Shown here piece by piece: positions 19,827 through 29,515 of a stretch of DNA of 62,224 bases. A program made the translations under genes and the position numbers. The DNA lies in IMG/VR virus record IMGVR_UViG_3300030331_005246, positions 1 to 62,224 of that record; one strand, written 5' to 3'. The first letter of the stretch is position 1; each line of letters begins with the position of its first letter. Under the pieces are notes generated by a model that saw nothing but the letters and a program-made list of their open reading frames with translations, did no database searches and had not been told where the DNA came from. This stretch comes from a virus. Its lineage: Duplodnaviria > Caudoviricetes.

Positions 19827-20186
19827 ATGGACTTTCTTAGTGACTTCATCGAAACTAATGATGAGTTAAGAGAACGTTTGGTGACATTAGATACGTTTGG
19901 GCAACCTCTAGATAATGTGGCTAATGATGTTCCGGTCTACGATCAGTACAATCGTGGATTAGCAGTTACCCAAAATGACATGCCACGTGATAACTTAAGT
20001 ATAGATCCTAGGGCACAACCAAGATGCGGAGTAACGGGCATGATTCCAAGCGCAGAGGAGGGAATACTGCAGGGGGCAGAACCTCAACCAAGGCAGCTAA
20101 TCGTGGACATGGGGCAGATGGCTCCAGAAGAATTGGAGATGGCAAAGTTCAACCAACGAGTGTTGAGAACGGGAGTGAACCGTTAA
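19827..20186 (+). CDS. hypothetical protein
   Basis: TATAAT at 19797-19802 upstream. Confidence 0.65.
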   Translation: MDFLSDFIETNDELRERLVTLDTFGQPLDNVANDVPVYDQYNRGLAVTQNDMPRDNLSIDPRAQPRCGVTGMIPSAEEGILQGAEPQPRQLIVDMGQMAPEELEMAKFNQRVLRTGVNR

Positions 20187-20557
20187 AGATTTTGTTCGAG
20201 CCTATTGATGATGAATGCCCAGGAGGTGTGTGCCCAGTCCCCTGGGCAACAGACACCAGTGGTGACAATGTTGATAACACTGTCAAAGACCTTAGATTCG
20301 GACAAAAACTCATTGCAGGTCCTTACATCGAAAAACACCGCGAAGTAGTTACTGATATTGTTAATCATCCTCCTCATTACACCAAAGGTGAGATCGAATG
20401 CATTGAAGCGATTGAAGCGCAGCTGACGCGAGAAGAATTTAGAGGTTATCTAAAAGGTAACATCGCCAAATATAATTGGAGAGAAGGGGATAAAGCGGGT
20501 ATTGTGGATCTTAAAAAAGCCCAGTGGTATTTAAATCGATTGGTCGATTTACAATGA
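20024..20557 (+). CDS. DUF3310 (T7 gp1.7-like) domain protein; true start probably near 20190
   Basis: VNHPPHYTKGEIECIEAIE...FRGYLKGNIAKYNWR...DLKKAQWYLNRL. Confidence 0.8.
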   Translation: MRSNGHDSKRRGGNTAGGRTSTKAANRGHGADGSRRIGDGKVQPTSVENGSEPLKILFEPIDDECPGGVCPVPWATDTSGDNVDNTVKDLRFGQKLIAGPYIEKHREVVTDIVNHPPHYTKGEIECIEAIEAQLTREEFRGYLKGNIAKYNWREGDKAGIVDLKKAQWYLNRLVDLQ

Positions 20558-20576
20558 ATTTAGTTTCATAAAATCT

Positions 20577-20984
20577 ATGGCTGCCAAAAAGAAAATGCCT
20601 CCTGAACTTCTAGAAAAGTTCAAGGCAAAAAATGCAAAGAAACAGGGTAAAAACGATCGTGATGACGAGAGTATTGGCGCTCGTCGTGGCAAGAAATCAC
20701 AGAGCTTGAAAGATCGTCGCGACGAATCCAAGGCAGCTGAAAAGAAAGCAGGCAAGCGTCCTTATTCCAAGGTTGATCAATCAAAACCAGGGACTAAAGG
20801 TAGGAAAACAGCTAGCCAAAAGGATGCTGAGATTAAAAAGAAACAAGGTACTGTTAAAAAGTTAGCAGCTCTTAAAAAGAAACAAGGTGGAAAACTTACT
20901 GCAGCTCAGCAAAAGAAATATGGTAAACAGTTTTCAAAGACAAAAGCAGCTCAAGCCAGGAGACGTACTGCTAGGAGAAAGTAA
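20577..20984 (+). CDS. highly basic Lys/Arg-rich protein
   Basis: MAAKKKMPPELLEKFKAK...; composition. Confidence 0.7.
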   Translation: MAAKKKMPPELLEKFKAKNAKKQGKNDRDDESIGARRGKKSQSLKDRRDESKAAEKKAGKRPYSKVDQSKPGTKGRKTASQKDAEIKKKQGTVKKLAALKKKQGGKLTAAQQKKYGKQFSKTKAAQARRRTARRK

Positions 20985-21124
20985 TGGCTAACCCGGATTA
21001 TTACGATCTACGTAAACTTCGCTCGTTAGTGGAGAAGCCCAAGGGTAAACCAAAAGCTAATCCGAATACCACTGTGTTCAATAAAAAGGCAACGGCTAAG
21101 AAGCAAAAAAAATCTTAGCCGTGC

Positions 21125-21418
21125 TCAACCAAACATAGGCTGTTCTTCATCGTCATCAGGTTCTTCCTGGCCCATCATGCTCAATGCCAGTTGTGCCAGT
21201 TCTAAGTCTGTTGGGATATCAAACTCCATGTCAATGGCTTCTTCCTGCATCAGATCTTTGATGGCTTGTAGCTCCAATAGACGTTGGTGATAAAGATTCA
21301 ACAGCGCAGCTTGCAGTTGATCGCATGTCATATCTTTAGCTGCTAATTCAGCTTTCCGCATGGAGAGCTGCAAATGTAGCGGCATTTCGTATTCTTGAGT
21401 AGCCCCGAATCCTTCCAT
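21125..21418 (-). CDS. hypothetical protein
   Basis: TAGAAT box at 21441-21446. Confidence 0.65.
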   Translation of the reverse strand: MEGFGATQEYEMPLHLQLSMRKAELAAKDMTCDQLQAALLNLYHQRLLELQAIKDLMQEEAIDMEFDIPTDLELAQLALSMMGQEEPDDDEEQPMFG

Positions 21419-21450
21419 GCATTTAACTTGATCTTCCGTAATTCTACTCC

Positions 21451-22143
21451 CTATCCTTTATAAAGTTGCTCCAAAAATTCGGTGTCATTGTAATCCGGGT
21501 ATGGATCTTTAGTCACTTCAAAGTTATTGGCGAATTCGGATAATGTATAGGGATCCACACATTCTTGCAGACGCCTGATTGCTCTGACCTGGTAATCGGC
21601 TGCAGTGTAATTACGAAACGCCTTTAACAAAATGTCTTCTGATGTCCAGGCATTACCGTTGTATTGCTCCAAGAACAGTCTCATTTCCTTGCGGCGTCTA
21701 TCGATCAGGCCGCCGATAGCCTGATGGTTATTGTCAAAGATCCATTTGGTAATCTCTTTGCTGGCTTGGGCGTAATCTTCGTGTTCACAGCAGTCAACGA
21801 TATTGCTGTAGAGGAAAGGATCCCAGCCTACAGAATGGACAAATGAGATCAGGGCATTGAGCATGCAAATGTCGAGGCCCAGGTTCAGCTTGATCAGCTC
21901 GTCTGCAATCAAATTGATTTCATGCAGTAAGTATTCAATAGCTTTTGCTTCTGTGCAGCGATGGCCTCTCTGTACGGGACTTCCATCTGGGTAATAGGTA
22001 GTCCCATAACCGATGCAATATGCATTTTCTGCACCACCAGGAACCTGAAAAGCCTTTTCATTAAAGCCTTCAAAGGTTTTTATGAGGTGCAGGGCTTCTC
22101 TATAGCTATACATATCGAACAGTCTTAGGACGAATGCGACCAT
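21451..22143 (-). CDS. GH24 phage lysozyme
   Basis: LIKTFEGF, YCIGYGTT, ALISFVHSVG, GLIDRRRKE. Confidence 0.85.
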   Translation of the reverse strand: MVAFVLRLFDMYSYREALHLIKTFEGFNEKAFQVPGGAENAYCIGYGTTYYPDGSPVQRGHRCTEAKAIEYLLHEINLIADELIKLNLGLDICMLNALISFVHSVGWDPFLYSNIVDCCEHEDYAQASKEITKWIFDNNHQAIGGLIDRRRKEMRLFLEQYNGNAWTSEDILLKAFRNYTAADYQVRAIRRLQECVDPYTLSEFANNFEVTKDPYPDYNDTEFLEQLYKG

Positions 22144-22162
22144 AAATTAAGAATATCTTACC

Positions 22163-22288
22163 TTATTTGCCCTGACCTCGAGTTTTTTTACGTCTGTGAT
22201 TTGGTCTCGAATGTTTACCTTGTCCTTGCGTTGTTTTCTTAGGGGGTGCCTGCACATATCCTCCACCTTTAATCATGTTGCCTTTCAT
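22163..22288 (-). CDS. small basic protein (41 aa, ...PPKKTTQGQGKHSRPNHRRKKTRGQGK)
   Basis: Read manually; ATGA-coupled to the upstream ORF. Confidence 0.55.
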   Translation of the reverse strand: MKGNMIKGGGYVQAPPKKTTQGQGKHSRPNHRRKKTRGQGK

Positions 22289-22464
22289 AAATCTAATGCT
22301 GCTTCACACAATATACTAAACAAAAAATATTTTAGAGAGCGGAATTTTTCTTGTTCGGTAGGACACCTTGCTGGAGATCCAGGCCAAGCTTTGATTGCAT
22401 CGTCAATAGCTTGATGCAAGGCATGGACATCTTCCATGGAAAGTTCGACGGTGACGGTTACCAT
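22285..22464 (-). CDS. small hypothetical protein (59 aa, MVTVTVELSMEDVHALHQAI...WPGSPARCPTEQE)
   Basis: Read manually; overlaps both neighbours. Confidence 0.55.
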   Translation of the reverse strand: MVTVTVELSMEDVHALHQAIDDAIKAWPGSPARCPTEQEKFRSLKYFLFSILCEAALDL

Positions 22465-22727
22465 GCTTTACAGGACCAGTAGCCAGCGGTGAGTTTGCTC
22501 TTCTTCTCATCACAATTATGTCTGGCTCTGAAACTTTTACGTCTTGCTGGATCATTCTTTTTGATGGTCATGTTGGCATCACCAAAACGAATGATTTTCT
22601 CTTTGCCTCCCTCGCAAGCTTTGACTACGGACTTTTTACCACCTCGAACATCCCTGCGAGGCTTGTTGCATTTCAGTGAATCCTTAGCAATTTTTGAGGC
22701 TTTCGCCGCTTTTTTACGTTTAGACAT
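22458..22727 (-). CDS. basic Cys-containing phage protein (DUF6321-like)
   Basis: IIRFGDANM...PARRKSFRARHNC...LTAGYWSCKAW. Confidence 0.7.
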   Translation of the reverse strand: MSKRKKAAKASKIAKDSLKCNKPRRDVRGGKKSVVKACEGGKEKIIRFGDANMTIKKNDPARRKSFRARHNCDEKKSKLTAGYWSCKAW

Positions 22728-25726
22728 TATCCAAAGAATGTTGCAAAGTCCATTCCGATTCCTTTCTCGATCTCCTTATCATAATCTGAGTCAACTTCTG
22801 GAAATAGATCAAAATAATTTCCTCGTTCTTTAGCTTTGTCTCTATCTCTTTTTTCTTTTTCTTGGATGCCTAATTCAGAACCTGAACCAAATAATTGATC
22901 TAGTCCTGCTAAAGCTTCAAATGGATCGCTCAAATTTACACTTGAAAAACTTAGGTTTGTTTTGCCAGTCATAAAGTCAGTCAAGAATTTTTGTTCTTCT
23001 CGACTGACATCACTCATAAACTCTTCATAGAATTGATCTTCTGTACCACCGTAACCTGCATCTTTAAAAGTTTGGTAGAGAGCAGTGGCATCTGGATCGT
23101 CCTCTTCTGCGAAGTCTTCATCTCTTTCGATATATGTAATACCGAGTCTTTCTTGTGTTGGTTTTAATTTTTTTTGATTTAGATACTTAATACCTTCTCG
23201 TATGTCTTTTGCTGCACCAGTTCTTAATGTCTCTTCAATATACTCTCTAAGTTCATTGACGTTTACTTCATCACCCAGGCCATATGCTTCTAAGATCTTT
23301 TCCCACTCTTCTCGATTTTCTAATGGATCAACTCCTTCAAGTACTGCATCAGCAAATTGTTCTGGCGTTATAAAGTCAAGAAAAGGTGCTTGACCTTCGT
23401 CGTCATAGTCTTCAGTAGCTTGTGTAACAAATTTAGTTATTTGTTCTTCTACATCTTGTTCGGTTACGACATCTTCTGCAGCATCAAATTTAAACTGGCT
23501 TCCAACTGCTTGGTAATGCAGTGCTGCAAAATTTGCGTCAGGTGTATCTCCTTTACCAATTGGTATTCCATACATGTAAGCCAATTGATTCCATGTGTAT
23601 TGAGGTTCAAAAGAAAATGTTTGGCCATCAAAAGTAAAGCTACCGTTTGGTTTTGAATCTGGATTTTGTTGTGCTTGTTCCCAGTCTTCCTTCACTCTGG
23701 CTGCTTGTGCAATATAAAAATCTTCTTTGATTGGATTGACTGTTTTGTATTGATTATTTGTTGGATCTATATAAAATGTACTATTGAATTTGACTCCTCC
23801 TAATTCAGCTAAACCGCTATAAAATTCTTCAGCATTAGTAATAACTGTTTGCGTTAATGCATTCAATGTTGTTTGTGTTTGCAGTACGTTTTCTTCTTCT
23901 TGTTTAACATCTAGATAACTTGCAAATTCTTCCATTGACCTCGAAGTATTAAATCGAGGTGTAATGTAATCATCAATAAATTTGTTTATAAACTCTTGAT
24001 CAATTTCATCTCTATACTCATCTGTATCTTTTACTTGTTCCCATTCTTCATCGCTCATGTCCTCCGGTTTATCTGCATAGACATATTTCGTGCCTTTTAA
24101 ATCAGTAACGAATTCTTCTTCAAACCAGTTCTGCCAATTAACGTTTTGATCTTCTGTTTTAATACCTGTTGCATCTCCTAATTGCTTTTCAAAATTATCA
24201 ATTAATTGACTACTATTTATTCCCATTATTCCTAGATAACCACCTATTCCACTGTCTCCCAGCAAGGAATTTGCTATCGATGAGTTGACACCGAATACTT
24301 CAGAAAACCCTGGTAAACCTCTGTATAAATCAAGTTCATATTCAATTGCTTTAGCCTCCTTCATTTTTGCTGTTGTTTTCTTCAAAGAGGCTTGAACTGT
24401 CTTATAAAACTTCTGTTGATCTTCCTGGGCTTTTTCTCCTGGCCCTTCTGTTAGAAATGATGCAAGTAGTTCACTATCTTGTAAAAGTTCTAGATTAGGT
24501 TGTGACTCATAGTCTTCCCCAATGCCAAGCATTGTATCTCTGATTCTTGATTTTTCTGTATCTGTTAAATCATCAAATGTTTCGTTATATTCATCAACAG
24601 CTTTTGTGTCTTTTGCAGCATTTCCTCGAACACTCTTATCTTGTTTAACTATTTGTCCATATCTATAATTAGCCCAGTTATCTAAATATGCATAACTATT
24701 ACGTGGATTAATTCTTGAATCTGTATTGAGATCTAAGCCACCATAGTAAAAAGCAATATCTAAGTCTGGTACTTTATAACCTCCAATTCTATTAGCTATG
24801 GCATTATCCATAGCTGTTTTAATTCCATATTGACTGCCGTAGTTATCTACAAAATATTTTGTAGAAAAAGCTCCAGTGGGTGGTTGTACATTATTATCTG
24901 CAAAACTCCATTGTCCTATTTTATTTGCATAATAAGCTTGGGTAATAGCATAAGAACCTCCTTTTCCATTAGTTGAATTAAATCGAAAAAACTGTTCTCT
25001 TACAACCGGATTAAAAGCACCGACTGTTTGATTCATTATGTTTTTGTAATCTCCTCCCTTGCTCCTTTTGATCCTGGTAACAAAGGTATTTATCTTTGAT
25101 TGTGCAGCACTGCCTAAAAATTTTTTGGCAGCACCGTTTATAAATATATTGTTTTGATTGCCACCGATAATTTGTTGGGCATTAGGAATTATTCTGTCTT
25201 CTTTTTTTCCACCTGTATTCCAATGTTCTAAACCTCTGAAAATATTACTTTGAGACGGGATTGTACTTGTGACTTGCGAACTCCATAATCCATTTGTTTG
25301 GTATTCAAAATCCAAATATCTACCATATCCCCGAACGTCAGAGTATGCGTTGGTGTAGGCAGCAAAATTTCTTGTAAACGCCTTAGCCTCAGCACTTCCT
25401 GCAATGCTTTGAACAATTTTATCTGTTGCAGTCCCTCTCGAATTTTGTTGACTTAATTCTGCTTGACTTGGTTCTCGTCCTAGAAAAGTTCTATAGGCAT
25501 TTTTAATTATCTGTGGTCTATTTGCATACTCAGCACTATTTCTGTAATCAGATAGAAAGATATCTCTGGTTTTTTTTTGGGCTTGCTCTTGGCTGTTCCC
25601 TTCGTTTACAAACTTCTTTATTCGGTTTCTCCATACGTTAGCTTGATTGGCAATAACGCTATTGTTCCCTGGCACACGTCCAAAGGTCTGTAAATACAAC
25701 ATTCTAATATTGCCTTCTGCTGACAT
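22727..25726 (-). CDS. large hypothetical protein, probably virion/internal
   Basis: 999 aa; N-terminal LYLQTFGRVP and YRTFLGREP repeats (DUF4214-like); acidic C-terminal half. Confidence 0.7.
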   Translation of the reverse strand: MSAEGNIRMLYLQTFGRVPGNNSVIANQANVWRNRIKKFVNEGNSQEQAQKKTRDIFLSDYRNSAEYANRPQIIKNAYRTFLGREPSQAELSQQNSRGTATDKIVQSIAGSAEAKAFTRNFAAYTNAYSDVRGYGRYLDFEYQTNGLWSSQVTSTIPSQSNIFRGLEHWNTGGKKEDRIIPNAQQIIGGNQNNIFINGAAKKFLGSAAQSKINTFVTRIKRSKGGDYKNIMNQTVGAFNPVVREQFFRFNSTNGKGGSYAITQAYYANKIGQWSFADNNVQPPTGAFSTKYFVDNYGSQYGIKTAMDNAIANRIGGYKVPDLDIAFYYGGLDLNTDSRINPRNSYAYLDNWANYRYGQIVKQDKSVRGNAAKDTKAVDEYNETFDDLTDTEKSRIRDTMLGIGEDYESQPNLELLQDSELLASFLTEGPGEKAQEDQQKFYKTVQASLKKTTAKMKEAKAIEYELDLYRGLPGFSEVFGVNSSIANSLLGDSGIGGYLGIMGINSSQLIDNFEKQLGDATGIKTEDQNVNWQNWFEEEFVTDLKGTKYVYADKPEDMSDEEWEQVKDTDEYRDEIDQEFINKFIDDYITPRFNTSRSMEEFASYLDVKQEEENVLQTQTTLNALTQTVITNAEEFYSGLAELGGVKFNSTFYIDPTNNQYKTVNPIKEDFYIAQAARVKEDWEQAQQNPDSKPNGSFTFDGQTFSFEPQYTWNQLAYMYGIPIGKGDTPDANFAALHYQAVGSQFKFDAAEDVVTEQDVEEQITKFVTQATEDYDDEGQAPFLDFITPEQFADAVLEGVDPLENREEWEKILEAYGLGDEVNVNELREYIEETLRTGAAKDIREGIKYLNQKKLKPTQERLGITYIERDEDFAEEDDPDATALYQTFKDAGYGGTEDQFYEEFMSDVSREEQKFLTDFMTGKTNLSFSSVNLSDPFEALAGLDQLFGSGSELGIQEKEKRDRDKAKERGNYFDLFPEVDSDYDKEIEKGIGMDFATFFG

Positions 25727-26100
25727 TAAGCTGACCTTCTACACATGATGTCTAATGATTCTAAATCATCTTTGATGTAAATAATCTCTCTATTCTCTGC
25801 CCATTGTTGAATAGCATCTAACCGAGCTTGTTCAAAGAACTCTTGTGATCGATACCACTCTTCCATTGGTGAACTGGCTTTGTTACAGTTGCATCTTCTG
25901 CAGGCAGGGACCAGGTTGTACCAGTTGCTGGATCCTGATTTGAATTTGGGAATGATGTGATCAAGACTTGTTGCGACTGCTCCACAATATCCACAACAGT
26001 GATTCCAGGCTTTGTATATTTCTTCTCGAAAGCGTTTCTTGGCAAGTTTTGGAGTGAGTTCAACGAGGAGGGCGAGTGGTTCGTTCTCCGTCTTGAACAT
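25726..26100 (-). CDS. HNH endonuclease
   Basis: CGYCG...SLDHIIPKFKSG....NLVPACRRCNCNK. Confidence 0.9.
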   Translation of the reverse strand: MFKTENEPLALLVELTPKLAKKRFREEIYKAWNHCCGYCGAVATSLDHIIPKFKSGSSNWYNLVPACRRCNCNKASSPMEEWYRSQEFFEQARLDAIQQWAENREIIYIKDDLESLDIMCRRSA

Positions 26101-26230
26101 AATATACTTGCTACTCTGTCAATTTTAGGCTCGATAAATATACAAAACTAAACACATATTTTTTTAAAGTTTTATTGTTGACATTACTCTATGGAAGTCT
26201 AATTTAAATCAGTAGCTAGTTTCACTAACC

Positions 26231-26455
26231 ATGCAGTTTCACTACTGGGTTCCTGTTTCAAAAGCGGAAAAGATCCTAGAGATTGACCGCAAAGACCTGC
26301 ACCGCATGCGGAAAAAAGGTATTTTCAAACTCGGTACGCACTTTGGAGCTGGTCCTAGAACACGCTCACAGGACACCTTCTATTGGCACATTCCGAGTGT
26401 CAGGGAGATCCTTAAGCAGCAACGAGGCACTCAGTCTTCTGTGCATGCCGCTTAG
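26231..26455 (+). CDS. small excisionase-like DNA-binding protein
   Basis: WVPVSKAEKILEIDRKDLHRMR..GIFKLGTHF. Confidence 0.55.
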   Translation: MQFHYWVPVSKAEKILEIDRKDLHRMRKKGIFKLGTHFGAGPRTRSQDTFYWHIPSVREILKQQRGTQSSVHAA

Positions 26456-26831
26456 ACCATTTATCTGCAATCTTGCGGTGTTCATGCGCCGCAAGAAAAT
26501 GGTTTATGGAAAGCTGGATGTGACTTGACTTTAAAGTCATTTCTAGCTTACGGGTGAGGGGATACCAGCGGCCTTTCAGTTTGGAAGGCTGCCTTTTTTT
26601 GATTTGTAGAATCACCGCCCATTGAGGGTGGTGTGGTTTGATTGGTTTTTTCTTAGATCGGATATTAATGCTGTCGTCATCGTTCCAGGTAAACCCTTCT
26701 AGCTCTTCTGGGGGCTTTCCATAAGTAGCAATCAAGCTCAGTAGCCAACCAACATCTGCAAAATCAGGCATTGAGGTTAGTTGAAAAACCTGATCAAGAA
26801 CCTCCTGATCACTCGGAGTCCGGGTAAACAT
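26412..26831 (-). CDS. degenerate tyrosine-recombinase-like fragment
   Basis: WLLSLIATYGKPPEEL resembles box I (W..GMLATYGLRPHE) but lacks the catalytic Arg; only 139 aa. Confidence 0.4.
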   Translation of the reverse strand: MFTRTPSDQEVLDQVFQLTSMPDFADVGWLLSLIATYGKPPEELEGFTWNDDDSINIRSKKKPIKPHHPQWAVILQIKKRQPSKLKGRWYPLTRKLEMTLKSSHIQLSINHFLAAHEHRKIADKWSKRHAQKTECLVAA

Positions 26832-26963
26832 GATTAATGAGGAGCTGTAAGAGAACTATAGGCATAGTGGTATACCACTAACGTTCTTCAGATTGTTTTT
26901 ATTAAAAAGACTTATGTCTTCTTAATGAATTCATTATAAAGGTTAACTCTTGTCAAGTCAAAT

Positions 26964-28709
26964 CTAGTAGTTACTATCTTTGAAATCCCAATTACTAATC
27001 GTGAATCCAGATGGTTGTGGGGTCACTGCTGGTGTTCCACCAGACGCAACGTTATAAACATTTCCCTGCTGATCAATCATTCCAAAATTCTGCATCAAGA
27101 TAAACTCTTGAGGAACATTGATCAACTTAGTTATCATTGGTCCCATCATTGGTGATTGAAGATTAAATGGTGGCGTATCCATGTAACCCAAGCCGTAATA
27201 GCAAAGTCTTTCAAAGGCTTTCTCTTGACTTTTTGCAGTGTCAGTAACTAGTTTTTGTTCCCATGCAGCCATCGATCCGGCGTTGACAGGGAAGTCTGAT
27301 GGTTCATTAGGGAACTGGCCATCGGCATAACGCATGGCATAGATATGCTTGCAGTATCTATATTCATCTAAAGTGTAAGTCCAGAAATCACTGATCTCTC
27401 TGACTCGATCAGTTCCTAATTTTTTATAGTCGCCATACTTTGGCATGCCTTCTGCAACACCACTGGGTTCTATTCGATCACCAAATCCTCTGCGATACTG
27501 CATTCCAAAATCAGCAAAGATTCCCGGTAGATCACGGTACAATTTTTTAGGGTCATTAATATCTTTACCTACTAAGTCAGGTGGTAAGACCGCTCCTAAT
27601 GGTGCAAAGCGTGTTGCTCCTATAAATCCTTCACCACTGGGATAGACAATCAGCATTTGTTTATTGTCTGCTACATCATTAAATATTTTTTGTTGTGCTG
27701 CTACTAATATTTTTCCTCTTTCATTGGCGCGTACCATTTCTTCGTAACGACCTGGTTTAACTGTGGCACATTTGCTTTTGGCAAATTTTTGTCCTTTACG
27801 TAAACCTAAACTTGAAAGATAAGCATAATTACGACGACTGAAATCTTGACAACTACAAGAATACCGGGCACCTGTTTGAAAGAATCTTCCTGCATGGGGT
27901 GGAATTTTTGATGGCGTCTCTAGCACTCCATCTTCTGTTGACTGTACTGAACCTCGTTTGGCTAACTTTAAAACTCCTTGGTTCTGATCTACATCGATTA
28001 ATGTGGCTTGAACAAACCCGAAACGTTTTCCTGTTAAAGGATCACGTGTATCTGAATCAATAGCTTGGCCAGAAAAAGTAACAATTGTATCTTCTAAGAT
28101 GTCTCCATTAATCGGTTTGATTCCCACTGGTCCGCCGATCGATACAAATAAAGGAGGAGGCACTGGGCCTGATACTCCTGAAATTGTTATTGGTCCAAAG
28201 ACACCACTTAGTTGTATGTACCAAAAATCTAAATTATCTTGTGGTCGTCCTAAGAATAATTTATCTGCTGGAACCTCACCTGAAATAGCCAGAGGTGTTC
28301 CGTTTTGAGCCGTTAATCCATCAAAGCGTAAGTTACCTGCTTCAATTTTACCGGCCCAATGCATGCCATATTCTTTATTTTCAGTTATAAATCCTTGTAG
28401 TGATCCGCTAATAAATGGTGGTCTGTTACCAACAACAGGTTGGCTTCCTAATGGAACTTCATAAATGAATCTGTAAAAGAAAGGACGTTCAACACCATTC
28501 GATGTTGCTAATTCCCAGCCGCGTCTCCACCTGGACCAGGCAGCTTCTCGATCACTGGTATAAATAGCATCTGGAATACTTCCACCGAAGTCACCCTGGA
28601 TCGGTGCAATGGTATATTTTTTTGTTCCGATATCAGGCTTTTCTATTTTAGAAAAAGAATTCGCACCGAAGTTTCCAAAGTTACCTCCTGGCCGTCTTCT
28701 TTTTCCCAT
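26964..28709 (-). CDS. hypothetical protein with split SWIM-type Zn finger
   Basis: YSCSCQDF ... YCKHIYA. Confidence 0.65.
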   Translation of the reverse strand: MGKRRRPGGNFGNFGANSFSKIEKPDIGTKKYTIAPIQGDFGGSIPDAIYTSDREAAWSRWRRGWELATSNGVERPFFYRFIYEVPLGSQPVVGNRPPFISGSLQGFITENKEYGMHWAGKIEAGNLRFDGLTAQNGTPLAISGEVPADKLFLGRPQDNLDFWYIQLSGVFGPITISGVSGPVPPPLFVSIGGPVGIKPINGDILEDTIVTFSGQAIDSDTRDPLTGKRFGFVQATLIDVDQNQGVLKLAKRGSVQSTEDGVLETPSKIPPHAGRFFQTGARYSCSCQDFSRRNYAYLSSLGLRKGQKFAKSKCATVKPGRYEEMVRANERGKILVAAQQKIFNDVADNKQMLIVYPSGEGFIGATRFAPLGAVLPPDLVGKDINDPKKLYRDLPGIFADFGMQYRRGFGDRIEPSGVAEGMPKYGDYKKLGTDRVREISDFWTYTLDEYRYCKHIYAMRYADGQFPNEPSDFPVNAGSMAAWEQKLVTDTAKSQEKAFERLCYYGLGYMDTPPFNLQSPMMGPMITKLINVPQEFILMQNFGMIDQQGNVYNVASGGTPAVTPQPSGFTISNWDFKDSNY

Positions 28710-28710
28710 A

Positions 28711-29490
28711 TCAATAGAAACCGCCTTGGCAAGTTACATGGGCACCTGGGATGTAACCAGAGATTGAACTAAAGGCTCCACGTTGCTGAACACCGATGTA
28801 AAGTCGTTGTCCTCTTTGTAAAACAATTGCACGATTTTTTAATGGTGTAGCTGGTCCCAAACCTGCTGTACTTCCAGTTTCAGGCACAGGGGCCATGAGT
28901 TCTGGCATCACATCACTACAATCGACGGCTTGGACACCCTCTGGAATTGTTTTGGAAAACAACACTCGGTAGTCACCATCACCAGGGATAGGAACTGTGG
29001 TGCCATTAACTAAATAAGCTACGAAAGTGACACTGGGTTGAGTCGTATCGTTTGGTGAAGTATATGAAAAACCCCCTGCAATGTTGTATGAGATTGCAGT
29101 GTTTACACCACCAGATGTAACTAATCCTGTATAAGTATAAAAACCTACGCCATTGCCAGGTGGAGTTGAAAGAACTCCTGTTTCTTGTACGTGAACGGCT
29201 TGACCACTGACTAAACCAATATACTCACCTGATGTTGCTGTATTAACAACGTAATCAGGATTAGTGCCAATAGTAGTGTCATCCCGTTGGATACGAATAC
29301 CATCAATGATGCCACCGCTATTGTTGTCAGTGCTGAGCGTTGCATCCATATCAACGACTAGTACTGGTGCTTGTCCACCAAGTACGTTTAAGTTTGTTGC
29401 ATCACCAACAACCTGATTCGTAATTCGCGACGTTGTAATTAGCGGACGATCTACAAAAACTGGTTGCTTATTGGTATTAGTAGAAGTCAT
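28711..29490 (-). CDS. putative virion structural protein
   Basis: Located in the structural operon; beta-rich composition. Confidence 0.6.
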   Translation of the reverse strand: MTSTNTNKQPVFVDRPLITTSRITNQVVGDATNLNVLGGQAPVLVVDMDATLSTDNNSGGIIDGIRIQRDDTTIGTNPDYVVNTATSGEYIGLVSGQAVHVQETGVLSTPPGNGVGFYTYTGLVTSGGVNTAISYNIAGGFSYTSPNDTTQPSVTFVAYLVNGTTVPIPGDGDYRVLFSKTIPEGVQAVDCSDVMPELMAPVPETGSTAGLGPATPLKNRAIVLQRGQRLYIGVQQRGAFSSISGYIPGAHVTCQGGFY

Positions 29491-29515
29491 TGGCTCAGTA
29501 TTCTATTGTCCTATT

